Shown piece by piece: positions 36,060 through 44,951 of a stretch of 62,515 bases of DNA. The stretch comes from Pseudomonadales bacterium (lineage in GTDB: Bacteria > Pseudomonadota > Gammaproteobacteria > Pseudomonadales > JBFGWM01): contig JBFKKR010000003.1 of NCBI GenBank assembly GCA_041682035.1, positions 1-62,515 on the forward strand, in the 5' to 3' direction. Position 1 is the stretch's first letter. Each line of letters opens with the position of its first letter. A program made the position numbers and the translations under genes. Below the pieces are notes generated by a model. The model was given only the letters and a program-made list of their open reading frames with translations, was not told where the DNA came from and did not search any database.

Positions 36060-37367
36060 ATGCGGCGCCACTGGCGAGAAGGCATCACCCAGCTGATCCT
36101 GGCGCTGCTCGGGCTGATGATCCTGGGCGCCCCCTTCGACGCCGCGCTGACGATGCTGTTCCTCGGGCTGGCCGGCTACATCGGCTGGAGCACCTGGCAA
36201 CTGGTCCGCCTGCACCGCTGGCTGGACGGACGGGGCGGTTCAGACCCCCCGGAGAGCTTCGGCCTGTGGGGCGACATCTTCGACGGCATCTACGCACTGC
36301 AGAAGAAACAGAAAAAGAGCCGCAAGCGCCTGCGCAAGATCGTGCACCGGGTGCGGGAGTCGCTGTCGGCGCTGCGCGACGGTGTGATCATGCTGGACTC
36401 CGAGCGCAGCCTGGAGTGGTGGAATGATGCCGCCACCGAGATGTTCGGGTTCCGCGACCCGCAGGACAAGGGCCAGCACATCATCAACCTGGTGCGGGCG
36501 CCGGCCTTCCAGCAGTATTTCTCTGCCGGGGATTTCAGCGAGCCGCTGACCATGGAATCCCCGCGCGCGGCGGACCGCATGCTGCAGATCCTCATCACCG
36601 GGTTCGCCCGGGACGACCACCTCGTCATCGTGCGCGACATCACCCGCCTGGCCGTGCTCGAACAGATGCGACGCGACTTCGTCGCCAACCTCTCGCACGA
36701 ACTCAAGACCCCGCTGACCGTGCTGCGCGGTTACCTGGAGACGCTGATGACCGCGGAGAACCTGCCGGAGGCGTCCCGGCGCGACATCATCGAGGAGATG
36801 GACCGGCAGGGTGAGCGCATGGACCACCTGGTCCGCGACCTGCTGTTCCTGTCCCGGTTGGAGAACGACGAGCGCCCGGATCTCGGCGAAGCCGTCAACC
36901 TGCAGGACCTGCTCGGACGGGTGGTGCGCGATGCGCGCGTCGTCGCCGAAGGCAGGCGGCAGGAGGTGCTGCTGACACTGGACACCGGCACGGACATCCT
37001 CGGCAGCGAGACGGAACTCTACAGCGCCTTCTCGAACCTGGTCATGAACGCGGTGAAGTATTCGCCGGAGGGCGGGCGCATCGAGGTGCGGGCCAGCGAC
37101 ACGCCTGTCAGTCTAGAGGTGATCGTGCGCGACAATGGCCCGGGGATCGAGTTCCAGCACCTGAACCGCCTGACCGAACGCTTCTACCGCGTCGACAAGC
37201 ACCGTTCGCTGGAGGCCGGGGGCACCGGCCTGGGACTGGCCATCGTCAAGCACGTGCTGCGGCGCCACGAGGCACACCTGATCATCCGCAGCGAGCCCGG
37301 TCAGGGGAGTGAGTTCATCTGCCGCTTCGCGAAGACGCGCACGCGACCGGCCGCCGCCCAGGCGTAG
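36060..37367 (+). CDS. phoR: Phosphate regulon sensor histidine kinase PhoR
   Basis: Two N-terminal TM segments, a PAS region, the H-box FVANLSHELKTPLT, the N-box NLVMNAVKY, G1 DNGPGI and G2 GTGLGLAIVKH. Confidence 0.93.
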   Translation: MRRHWREGITQLILALLGLMILGAPFDAALTMLFLGLAGYIGWSTWQLVRLHRWLDGRGGSDPPESFGLWGDIFDGIYALQKKQKKSRKRLRKIVHRVRESLSALRDGVIMLDSERSLEWWNDAATEMFGFRDPQDKGQHIINLVRAPAFQQYFSAGDFSEPLTMESPRAADRMLQILITGFARDDHLVIVRDITRLAVLEQMRRDFVANLSHELKTPLTVLRGYLETLMTAENLPEASRRDIIEEMDRQGERMDHLVRDLLFLSRLENDERPDLGEAVNLQDLLGRVVRDARVVAEGRRQEVLLTLDTGTDILGSETELYSAFSNLVMNAVKYSPEGGRIEVRASDTPVSLEVIVRDNGPGIEFQHLNRLTERFYRVDKHRSLEAGGTGLGLAIVKHVLRRHEAHLIIRSEPGQGSEFICRFAKTRTRPAAAQA

Positions 37368-37388
37368 CGGCGCCGGCAAAACGCCGCA

Positions 37389-38117
37389 TCACGTCTTCGC
37401 GACGGACTTGCTGACGCGCTTGCGGATCTCGTCCACGGGCGTGTGGCGCAGGTCCTTGCCCTCCACCATGTAGATGACGAACTCAGCGACGTTGCGCGAA
37501 TGGTCGCCGATGCGCTCCAGCGCGCGCACCACCCAGAGGATGTTCAGCACCCGCGAGATATTGCGCGAATCCTCCATCATGTAGGTGATGAGCTGGCGCA
37601 TCGCGCCGTTGTATTCCTCGTCGACCAGGCTCTCCTCGCTGATTACCTGCAACGCCATCTCGGTGTCCATGCGGGCGAAGGAGTCCAGCGCGTCATAGAG
37701 CATCTTGCGCACGTGGTTGCCGATGTGCCGGCACTCGCGGTAACCCTGCGGGGCGATGCCTTCCTGCGCCAGCGCGCCGGCCTGGCGGGCGATCTTCACC
37801 GCCTCGTCGCCGCAGCGTTCCAGGTCGCTGACCGCCTTGGCGACGCTCATCACCAGCCGCAGGTCACTGGCAGCCGGCTGGCGGCGCGCGACGATCTGCC
37901 GGCATTCCTCGTCGATCGTCATCTCCATCTCGTTGACCTTGGCGTCCTTCTTGGAGACGCGGTCGGCCAGCTCGCTGTCGGCTTCCAGCAAAGCCGCCAG
38001 CGCATCGCCGACCTGCTTCTCCACCAGGCCGCCCATGGCGAGGAAGTGGGTCTTGAGTTCCTCCATCTCGCTGTCGAACTGCTGCGAGATGTGATCGGCC
38101 TGTGATTCGTTTCTCAT
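37389..38117 (-). CDS. phoU: Phosphate signaling complex protein PhoU
   Basis: 242 aa with two PhoU repeats carrying the RIGDH/RCGDE motifs. It is the last gene of the pst operon. Confidence 0.93.
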   Translation of the reverse strand: MRNESQADHISQQFDSEMEELKTHFLAMGGLVEKQVGDALAALLEADSELADRVSKKDAKVNEMEMTIDEECRQIVARRQPAASDLRLVMSVAKAVSDLERCGDEAVKIARQAGALAQEGIAPQGYRECRHIGNHVRKMLYDALDSFARMDTEMALQVISEESLVDEEYNGAMRQLITYMMEDSRNISRVLNILWVVRALERIGDHSRNVAEFVIYMVEGKDLRHTPVDEIRKRVSKSVAKT

Positions 38118-38185
38118 GTCGGTGCTTTCCCTGTGAGTCCGGTGTCAGGATCGGTACCGCGCCCGCCGCGTACCCGCCACGCCCA

Positions 38186-39097
38186 TCAACCGTACCGGCC
38201 GGTGATGTAATCCTCGGTATGTTTCTCCTTCGGATTGGTGAACAGCTGGTCGGTCGCGCCGAACTCGATCAGCTTGCCCATGTACATGTAGGCGGTGTAA
38301 TCCGACACCCGTGCCGCCTGCTGCATGTTGTGGGTGACGATGATGATGGTGAACTGTTCCTTCAGCTCGTAGATCAGTTCCTCCACCTTCAGCGTGGAGA
38401 TCGGGTCCAGCGCGGAACAGGGTTCGTCCAGCAACAGGACCTCCGGCTCCACCGCGATGCAGCGGGCAATCACCAGCCGCTGCTGCTGGCCGCCGGACAG
38501 CCCGAAGGCGCTGTCGTCGAGCCGGTCCTTGACCTCGTCCCAGAGCGCCGCGCCCTTCAGCGCCCACTCCACGCGCTCGTCGAGCACGCGCTTCTTGTTG
38601 ATGCCCTGGATGCGCAGGCCATAGCAGACATTCTCGTAGATGCTCTTCGGGAACGGGTTCGGTTTCTGGAACACCATGCCGATGCGGCGGCGCATCTCGG
38701 TGACGTCCACCTCGCGGTCGTAGAGGTCATCCCCGTCGATCAGGATCCTGCCTTCGATGCGGCAGATGTCGACCAGGTCGTTCATGCGGTTGAAACAGCG
38801 CAGCAGGGTCGATTTCCCGCAGCCGCTGGGGCCGATGTACGCGGTCACGCGCTTGCGCGGAATCTTCATGTTGACGCCGTGCAGCGCCTGCTTGTCGCCG
38901 TAGTACAGGTTCAGGTCCTGCACCTCCAGCGTGACGTCCTCCTCCTCGATGTTGCGCGACTCGCGCTCGCCACCCAGCGCCTCCATGTCGATCGCGTGAC
39001 TGGGGGGCTCCGGGTGAATGCCGTCGTCGTCGCGCGCCGCGGCACGTTTCTGGTCGGTGTCATCCATGGAATTGGGCCGTGTGTCCGGTTGCGTCAT
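38186..39097 (-). CDS. pstB: Phosphate ABC transporter ATP-binding protein PstB
   Basis: [32 protein letters not shown] and [12 protein letters not shown]. The N-terminal roughly 40 aa tail means the start could be 39067. Confidence 0.93.
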   Translation of the reverse strand: MTQPDTRPNSMDDTDQKRAAARDDDGIHPEPPSHAIDMEALGGERESRNIEEEDVTLEVQDLNLYYGDKQALHGVNMKIPRKRVTAYIGPSGCGKSTLLRCFNRMNDLVDICRIEGRILIDGDDLYDREVDVTEMRRRIGMVFQKPNPFPKSIYENVCYGLRIQGINKKRVLDERVEWALKGAALWDEVKDRLDDSAFGLSGGQQQRLVIARCIAVEPEVLLLDEPCSALDPISTLKVEELIYELKEQFTIIIVTHNMQQAARVSDYTAYMYMGKLIEFGATDQLFTNPKEKHTEDYITGRYG

Positions 39098-39159
39098 CGT
39101 GATTTACCCAGTCTATGGGATTCCCGCGGTTTGGCCAGCCAGGGCCAGCCGGGGTCCCC

Positions 39160-40824
39160 TCAGTTCTCCAGTGACTTGTATTTCTCGCGCAGGTGGTTAC
39201 GGATCTGCACCGCGGACAGGTTCAGCACCGCGATCACCAACACCAGCAGCAATGCCGTCGCATACACCAGCGGCCGCGCGGCCTCCACGTTCGGACTCTG
39301 GAAGCCGACGTCGTAGATGTGAAAGCCCAGGTGCATGAACTTCTGGTCCAGGTGCAGGAACGGGTAGTTGCCGTCGAGCGGCAGCGAGGGCGCCAGTTTC
39401 ACCACGCCCACCAGCATCAGCGGGGCGACCTCGCCGGCCGCCCGCGCCACCGCCAGGATCACGCCGGTCATGATGGCCGGACTGGACATCGGCAGGATCA
39501 CCTTCCAGAGCGTCTCCGCCTTGGTCGCGCCGAGCGCCAGGCTGCCCTCGCGCACCGCCTTCGGGATACGCGTCAGACCCTCCTCGGTCGAGACAATCAC
39601 CACCGGCAGCGTCAGCAGCGCCAGCGTCAGCGAAGCCCACATCAGCCCGCCGGTGCCGAAGGTCGGCGCCGGCAGCGCCTCCGGGAAGAACAGCGCGTCG
39701 ATGCTGCCGCCAAGCAGGTAGATGAAGAAGCCGAGGCCGAAAACCCCGTAGACGATGGAAGGCACGCCGGCGAGGTTGTTCACCGCGATGCGGATGGTGC
39801 GGGTGAGGAAGCCCTGGGTGGCGTACTCACGCAGGTAGACCGCCGCCACCACGCCGAACGGCGTCACCATCACCGACATCAGCAGCACCATCATCACGGT
39901 GCCGAAGATGGCCGGGAAGATGCCCCCCTCGGTGTTGGCCTCGCGCGGTTCGTCGGAGACGAATTCCCACAGCTTGGCAATGTAGTGGCCGATCTTCGCG
40001 AACAGGCCCATGTCGTTGGGCTTGAAGGCGCGCACCACCTGCGACATCGAGACCGTGACAGTGCGACCGTCCTGGCCCTCGGCGACAAAGCTGTCGCGGT
40101 TGATCTGCGTGTAGAGGTCGTTGAGCTTTTCCTGCAGCACCTTGTATTCGGCGTCCAGCTCGGCCCGCGCCGCTTCGATGGCGGCGCGCCGCTCCCCGGT
40201 GTACTCCTCGCGCAGCTCGTAACCGCGCTCGCGCAGCCGCAGGCGTTCCATCCGGTGGTTGATGGCGCCGATGTCGGTTTTCTGGATCTCGTGGATAGCG
40301 CCGTGCAGTCCGAGCGCGCGCTCGATGCGTTTGAGCAGTTCCGGCCAGGCCTGCGCGCCCGTCGCCACCGGCTGGCCGCTCTCACGCACCTCCTTCAGGT
40401 ACCCGTACAGGTTGCCCCATTCCCGCCGCTCGACCGCGATGAGTTCCGGTGGGTAACTCTGCTTGCCCAGGTCACGCGCCAGCACCCAGCGGAAATCGCT
40501 GCCGAGCAGGTCGCGGTTGCCGACCTTCACCAGGTAACGGCGCAGTTCCGACACGTCCTCCGGCACCTCGACACCGTTGGCGCGCAACTGCCCGGCAGGG
40601 ACGTCCTCGTAATCGGCGATCTCGCCGAAGATGCGCACCGGCGCGCCGCCGCGCACCTGCAGTTCCGCCTGCATCAGCGCGTGCGGCCAGAAATGGCCGA
40701 GTCCGCGTGCCGCGATCAGCATCAGCAGGCCCACCACCATGACCATGGAGATCGCGACAGCGCCGGCGTTCAGCCACACCCACGGCTGGCCGGACTGGTA
40801 CCACGCTTTGAGGTCGGTTCTCAT
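39160..40824 (-). CDS. pstA: Phosphate ABC transporter permease PstA, long form with a roughly 255-aa extra-membrane insert
   Basis: 554 aa. One N-terminal TM, then a hydrophilic region rich in charged heptads (aa about 45-300), then the canonical PstA permease core with REGSLALGATKAETLWKVILP (EAA loop). Confidence 0.9.
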   Translation of the reverse strand: MRTDLKAWYQSGQPWVWLNAGAVAISMVMVVGLLMLIAARGLGHFWPHALMQAELQVRGGAPVRIFGEIADYEDVPAGQLRANGVEVPEDVSELRRYLVKVGNRDLLGSDFRWVLARDLGKQSYPPELIAVERREWGNLYGYLKEVRESGQPVATGAQAWPELLKRIERALGLHGAIHEIQKTDIGAINHRMERLRLRERGYELREEYTGERRAAIEAARAELDAEYKVLQEKLNDLYTQINRDSFVAEGQDGRTVTVSMSQVVRAFKPNDMGLFAKIGHYIAKLWEFVSDEPREANTEGGIFPAIFGTVMMVLLMSVMVTPFGVVAAVYLREYATQGFLTRTIRIAVNNLAGVPSIVYGVFGLGFFIYLLGGSIDALFFPEALPAPTFGTGGLMWASLTLALLTLPVVIVSTEEGLTRIPKAVREGSLALGATKAETLWKVILPMSSPAIMTGVILAVARAAGEVAPLMLVGVVKLAPSLPLDGNYPFLHLDQKFMHLGFHIYDVGFQSPNVEAARPLVYATALLLVLVIAVLNLSAVQIRNHLREKYKSLEN

Positions 40825-40842
40825 GGGCGCATCTCCGGACCG

Positions 40843-43119
40843 TTACAGCGAGCCGTACTTGGCGCGCAGGCGCTGGCGGATCAGCTCGGCCAGCGTGTTG
40901 AAGAAAAAGGTGAACAGGAACAGCACGAAGGCCGCCAGGAACAGGATCCGGTAGTGCGTGCTGCCCACCTCCGATTCCGGCATCTCGACGGCGATGTTGG
41001 CCGACAGCGTGCGCATGCCCTCGAAAATGTTCGCGTCCATGATGGGCGTGTTGCCGGTCGCCATCAGCACGATCATGGTCTCGCCGACCGCGCGGCCGAG
41101 GCCGATCATCACGCCCGAGAAGATTCCCGGGCTGGCCGTGGGGAGCACCACCCGCACCAGCGTCTGCCAGGGCGTGGCACCGAGGGCCAGCGAACCCTGC
41201 ACGAGGTGGCGCGGCACGCTGAACAGCGCGTCCTCGGAAATCGAGAAGATGGTCGGGATGACCGCGAAACCCATCGCCAAGCCCACCACCAGCGCGTTGC
41301 GCTGGTCGTAGGGAATGCCGAGATCGTTGCTCAGCCAGCTGCGCATGTCGCCGCCGAAGAACACCGCCTCCAGCGGCGTGCTCAGCGACAGCGAGACCCA
41401 GCCCACCACCAGGACGACCGGGATCAGCAGGGCGGCATCCCAGCCCTCCGGCACCAGGAAGCGCAGCCGCGCCGGCGCGTTGTGCCAGAAATACCCGAAC
41501 GCGAGGATGCCGACCGGCGTCAGCAGCAGGAGGGCGAAGATGCCGGGCAGGGCGCGCTCGATGTAGGGCGCCAGCCAGAGACCGGCGAGGAAGCCGAGGA
41601 TGACCGTCGGCAGCGCCTCCATCAGTTCGATGGCGGGCTTGACCTTGCGGCGCAGGCCCGAGCCCATGAAGAACGCCGTGTACATGGCGCCGCACACCGC
41701 CAGCGGCGTCGCCAGGATCATGGCGTAGAAGGCCGCCTTCAGCGTGCCGAACGCCAGCGGCGCGAGGCTGAACTTGGGTTCGAAGTCGTTGTTGGCGGCC
41801 GACGACTGCCAGATGTAGGCCGGGTCCTGGTAGTTCTCGTACCAGACCGGCGACCACAGCGCCGACCAGGACACCTCGGGGTGCTCGTTGTCGATGTGCA
41901 GGAATGACATCCCGGCGGCCGTTTCCACCAGCGCCGCATTGGCGCGCGGCGCGATCACCGCCGCCAGCGGGGCGCCGCCGAACAGCTCTTCCGTCAGCAC
42001 CGAGCGATGCGCGGTGGTATTGAACAGGCTCAGCGCGCCTGCGTCATCGATGGACATGAAGCCCTTGCGGCGCTGCTCGGGCGCGACCGACACGACGGCC
42101 CGGTCCGTCTCGTGGAAGGTGCGTACCTTGCGCAGGGCATACTCGTTCTGGTCGTCACGGACCAGGAACCACTGCGCCACGGTGCCCTTGGAATCGCCCA
42201 CCAGCAGGGAGATCCCCCCCAGCAGGTGCTCCACAGTGGTGAGCTTCGCACCGTGCTTCAGCAGGTCGGTACGGCCGTTGAGCACCGGCGCGGAGGGGTC
42301 GCGCAGGTCGAACACGTCCATCTTTCCGGAGCGGTAGGCCACGAAGAACCAGCGCAGGTCGGGGTCGATCAGCAGGCTGTGCACGGTGGAGCCGTTGGCC
42401 TGCAGCGTGATCTCCTCGCTGCTCAGCTCGATCGCCCCGGTCATGAAATTCTCTTCCTTGGTGAAATACGCCATGCGCAGCTGGCCGTCCGCGCCGCTGG
42501 CCGCCAGCGCGGCGTGGTCCTGGCCGTTGCGGAAGCCCAGCGCCAGGACCGGTTCGTCATTGCGCAGCACGGCGTGCGGGGTCTCGCCGAACGGGAATTC
42601 CAGGTAGGGGATGAAGCTGCGGGTGCCGTCCTCGGCGAACTGCGCCTTGTAGCTGTGCTTGAACACCAGCGCGGTGCCGTCAGCGTAACCGGCCGCCAGC
42701 CACTGGCTGGCGGCATCCTCGTTGGTAACCGCCGTGACCCGGCCATTGGCGCCGGGCAGGGTGTATTCCGCCATCACGCCGCCGTCAGCGGTCCGGAAGA
42801 ACACCACAGTGCCGTCGTCCACCACCCGCATGCCGATATCGGCCTGCTCCTCGGTCTCCAGCCAGAGCGTGCGGCCGGCCGGGCCCGGCACGGCGTAGGT
42901 GGCCACGCGCTCCACGTGGGCGCCGCCCATCAGCGGCACCACCTCGTACAGCAGGTAGAAGAAGATCAGCATCACGGCCACGATGACGCTGATGCCGCCG
43001 GTGGCGATGCCGTACTTCGCGGCGCGGTCCTTCAGGTTGCGGACCCGGCGCTGGCGCACCAGCGCCGGCGTGTTGAAGTCCAGCTTCCCCGGTGCATTCG
43101 GCGTGAGGCTTTCAGTCAT
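40843..43119 (-). CDS. pstC: Phosphate ABC transporter permease PstC, long form with a roughly 385-aa extra-membrane domain
   Basis: 758 aa. One N-terminal TM, then a beta-rich hydrophilic domain (aa about 65-450), then the canonical PstC core with VQGSLALGATPWQTLVRVVLP. Confidence 0.9.
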   Translation of the reverse strand: MTESLTPNAPGKLDFNTPALVRQRRVRNLKDRAAKYGIATGGISVIVAVMLIFFYLLYEVVPLMGGAHVERVATYAVPGPAGRTLWLETEEQADIGMRVVDDGTVVFFRTADGGVMAEYTLPGANGRVTAVTNEDAASQWLAAGYADGTALVFKHSYKAQFAEDGTRSFIPYLEFPFGETPHAVLRNDEPVLALGFRNGQDHAALAASGADGQLRMAYFTKEENFMTGAIELSSEEITLQANGSTVHSLLIDPDLRWFFVAYRSGKMDVFDLRDPSAPVLNGRTDLLKHGAKLTTVEHLLGGISLLVGDSKGTVAQWFLVRDDQNEYALRKVRTFHETDRAVVSVAPEQRRKGFMSIDDAGALSLFNTTAHRSVLTEELFGGAPLAAVIAPRANAALVETAAGMSFLHIDNEHPEVSWSALWSPVWYENYQDPAYIWQSSAANNDFEPKFSLAPLAFGTLKAAFYAMILATPLAVCGAMYTAFFMGSGLRRKVKPAIELMEALPTVILGFLAGLWLAPYIERALPGIFALLLLTPVGILAFGYFWHNAPARLRFLVPEGWDAALLIPVVLVVGWVSLSLSTPLEAVFFGGDMRSWLSNDLGIPYDQRNALVVGLAMGFAVIPTIFSISEDALFSVPRHLVQGSLALGATPWQTLVRVVLPTASPGIFSGVMIGLGRAVGETMIVLMATGNTPIMDANIFEGMRTLSANIAVEMPESEVGSTHYRILFLAAFVLFLFTFFFNTLAELIRQRLRAKYGSL

Positions 43120-43173
43120 GGCTCGGACCCGGCTGAGTTTTTCCCGCTAGACCGATAGCGTAGTTCAGGTGCG

Positions 43174-43204
43174 AAAAAAAGGGGCGTCCGTGGACACCCC
43201 TTTC
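43174..43204 (-). terminator. Intrinsic terminator/attenuator hairpin between pstS and pstC
   Basis: The minus strand reads GGGGTGTCCacGGACGCCCC followed by TTTTTTT, about 35 nt after the pstS stop. Confidence 0.75.
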
Positions 43205-43236
43205 GTTCCGGCGCAGCCGGTTCAGCAAAACCCGGC

Positions 43237-44205
43237 CTACAGTCCCAGCGCATCCTTGATCTGCTGGACCTTGTTGGCCGGCAGCGGGATGTAGCCGTCC
43301 TTCGCCACCACGTGCTGGCCGTTCTTGGAGAGCACCAGCTTGAGGAACTCCCGCTCCAGCGGCGCCAGCGGCTTGGTCGGCGCCTTGTTGACGTAGACAT
43401 AGAGGAAGCGTGACAGGGGATACTTCCCGGCGACCGCCATGGCCGAAGACGCCTCGACGAACGGCCCCTTGCCCTTGTTCAGCGGCAGGGCGCGCACGCT
43501 GGAGGTGCGGTAGCCGATCCCCGAGTAACCGATGCCGTTGATGGACGAGGAGATCGACTGCACCACCGAGGCCGAACCCGGCTGCTCGTTCACGCCGTTC
43601 TTGAAGTCGCCCTTGCACAGCGCCACTTCCTTGAAGTAGCCGTAGGTGCCGGACACCGAGTTGCGTCCGTAGAGCTGGATGTCCCGGGTTGCCCAGGCGC
43701 CGGTCAGGCCGGCGTCACCCCACCTCTTTATGTCGGCGGGCGCCCCGCACTTGCGGGTGGACGAGAAGATCGCGTCCACCTGCTCCAGGCTCATCCCCTG
43801 GATCGGGTTGTCCTTGTGCACGAACACGGCCAGCGCGTCGATGGCGACCGGCACGGCGGTGGGCTTGTAACCGAACTTCTTCTCGAACGCCTCGATCTCC
43901 TTGTCCTTCATCTTGCGGCTCATGGGACCGAGGTTGGAGGTGCCCTCGGTCAGGCCCGGCGGTGCGGTCGAGGAGCCGGCGGCCTGGATCTGGATGTTGA
44001 CGTTCGGGTAGTGGCGCTTGAAGTCTTCCGCCCACAGCGTCATCAGGTTGGCCAGGGTGTCGGAGCCGAGGCTGGACAGGTTGCCCGACACGCCGCTCGA
44101 CTTCTCGTAGTCGGGCAGCGCCGGATCGACCTCGGCGATCACCGTGGTGGTGATGGAAACGCCGGCGGCGAGCAGCACGGCGTTGGTTAACTTGCTGAAT
44201 TTCAT
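43237..44205 (-). CDS. pstS: Phosphate ABC transporter substrate-binding protein PstS
   Basis: Signal peptide [24 protein letters not shown]. Contains [22 protein letters not shown] and [15 protein letters not shown]. Uses an internal start of ORF 43237..44271. Confidence 0.92.
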   Translation of the reverse strand: MKFSKLTNAVLLAAGVSITTTVIAEVDPALPDYEKSSGVSGNLSSLGSDTLANLMTLWAEDFKRHYPNVNIQIQAAGSSTAPPGLTEGTSNLGPMSRKMKDKEIEAFEKKFGYKPTAVPVAIDALAVFVHKDNPIQGMSLEQVDAIFSSTRKCGAPADIKRWGDAGLTGAWATRDIQLYGRNSVSGTYGYFKEVALCKGDFKNGVNEQPGSASVVQSISSSINGIGYSGIGYRTSSVRALPLNKGKGPFVEASSAMAVAGKYPLSRFLYVYVNKAPTKPLAPLEREFLKLVLSKNGQHVVAKDGYIPLPANKVQQIKDALGL

Positions 44206-44274
44206 ATCTTTATCCTCTTTAACTTGCAATTTTCCGAAGCGCGGCCAAAGCGGGCCGGCGCTTCGATGCACAGT

Positions 44275-44308
44275 AATTTAGAGCCGTCGTGTTACAGCCG
44301 GATGACAG
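44275..44308 (-). promoter_or_regulatory. Pho box plus -10 element of the pstS promoter
   Basis: The minus strand reads CTGTCAT-ccgg-CTGTAAC (44308..44291), then exactly 10 nt, then TAAATT (44280..44275). This is the classic PhoB-dependent architecture, with the Pho box replacing the -35. Confidence 0.8.
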
Positions 44309-44417
44309 GCATCTGCGAAGCATAGACGATCCGCGCCAATTGCCCTCCCGCGCGCGGCTCCCGGCCAGGCCGGGAAGCCGGCGCTATAATGCGCGCTGTC
44401 TCGCGACGGCGAAGCCA

Positions 44418-44951
44418 GTGCCCCTCCACGTGATCACCCGGCTGATTCTCTTCATCGACCGCTTCACCCTGGTGACCGGGCAGGCGGTGTCCTGGCTGAC
44501 CCTGCTGATGGTGCTGACCACCTTCGGCGTGGTCGTGCTGCGCTACGGCCTGGGTGTGGGGTCCATTGCCCTCCAGGAATCCGTGCTGTACATGCACGGC
44601 TGTGTGTTCCTGCTTGGCGCCGCCTACACCCTGCAGCTCGACGGCCACGTGCGCGTGGACATCCTCTACCGCCGGATGCCGCCCCGGTGGCGGGCGGTGG
44701 TGGATCTCGTCGGCACCCTGTGTTTCCTGCTGCCGGTCTGCGGTTTCATCGCCTGGGTGGCCTGGGACTACGTGCTGCAGGCCTGGCGCATCCGGGAGGG
44801 ATCCCAGGAGGCGGGCGGTCTGGCCTATGTATTCCTCCTGAAGACCCTGATCCCCGCCGGCACCCTGCTGCTGGCCCTGCAGGGCGTGGCGGAGGCGCTG
44901 CGCGCCGTCCTGCGGATCATCGGCCGGGATCCGGCACGGCCGGTCTCATGA
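44418..44951 (+). CDS. TRAP transporter small permease subunit (DctQ-type)
   Basis: Four hydrophobic segments (for example WLTLLMVLTTFGVVVLRYGL and LCFLLPVCGFIAWVAW). GTG 44418 is the likely start, because the ORF's 5' extension from 44289 overlaps the pstS Pho box. The stop overlaps the dctM ATG (ATGA). Confidence 0.8.
   Translation: MPLHVITRLILFIDRFTLVTGQAVSWLTLLMVLTTFGVVVLRYGLGVGSIALQESVLYMHGCVFLLGAAYTLQLDGHVRVDILYRRMPPRWRAVVDLVGTLCFLLPVCGFIAWVAWDYVLQAWRIREGSQEAGGLAYVFLLKTLIPAGTLLLALQGVAEALRAVLRIIGRDPARPVS

Noticed and set aside
37367-37387. The hairpin GCGGCG-N9-CGCCGC between the convergent phoR and phoU genes, as a terminator.
   Set aside because: The stem is only 6 bp with a 9-nt loop and no flanking T/A tracts. 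This is insufficient evidence for an intrinsic terminator.
39193-41907. A 904-aa ORF on the plus strand spanning pstA and pstC.
   Set aside because: It is antisense to two genes with clear permease motifs. The translation is Arg/Gly/His/Gln-rich low-complexity sequence with no recognisable motifs, which is the typical shadow ORF of high-GC DNA.
44289-44417. The 5' extension of the dctQ ORF, starting at ATG 44289.
   Set aside because: It would begin inside the pstS Pho box and promoter and encodes a hydrophilic Arg/Pro-rich leader. The first hydrophobic DctQ segment follows GTG 44418 or 44430.
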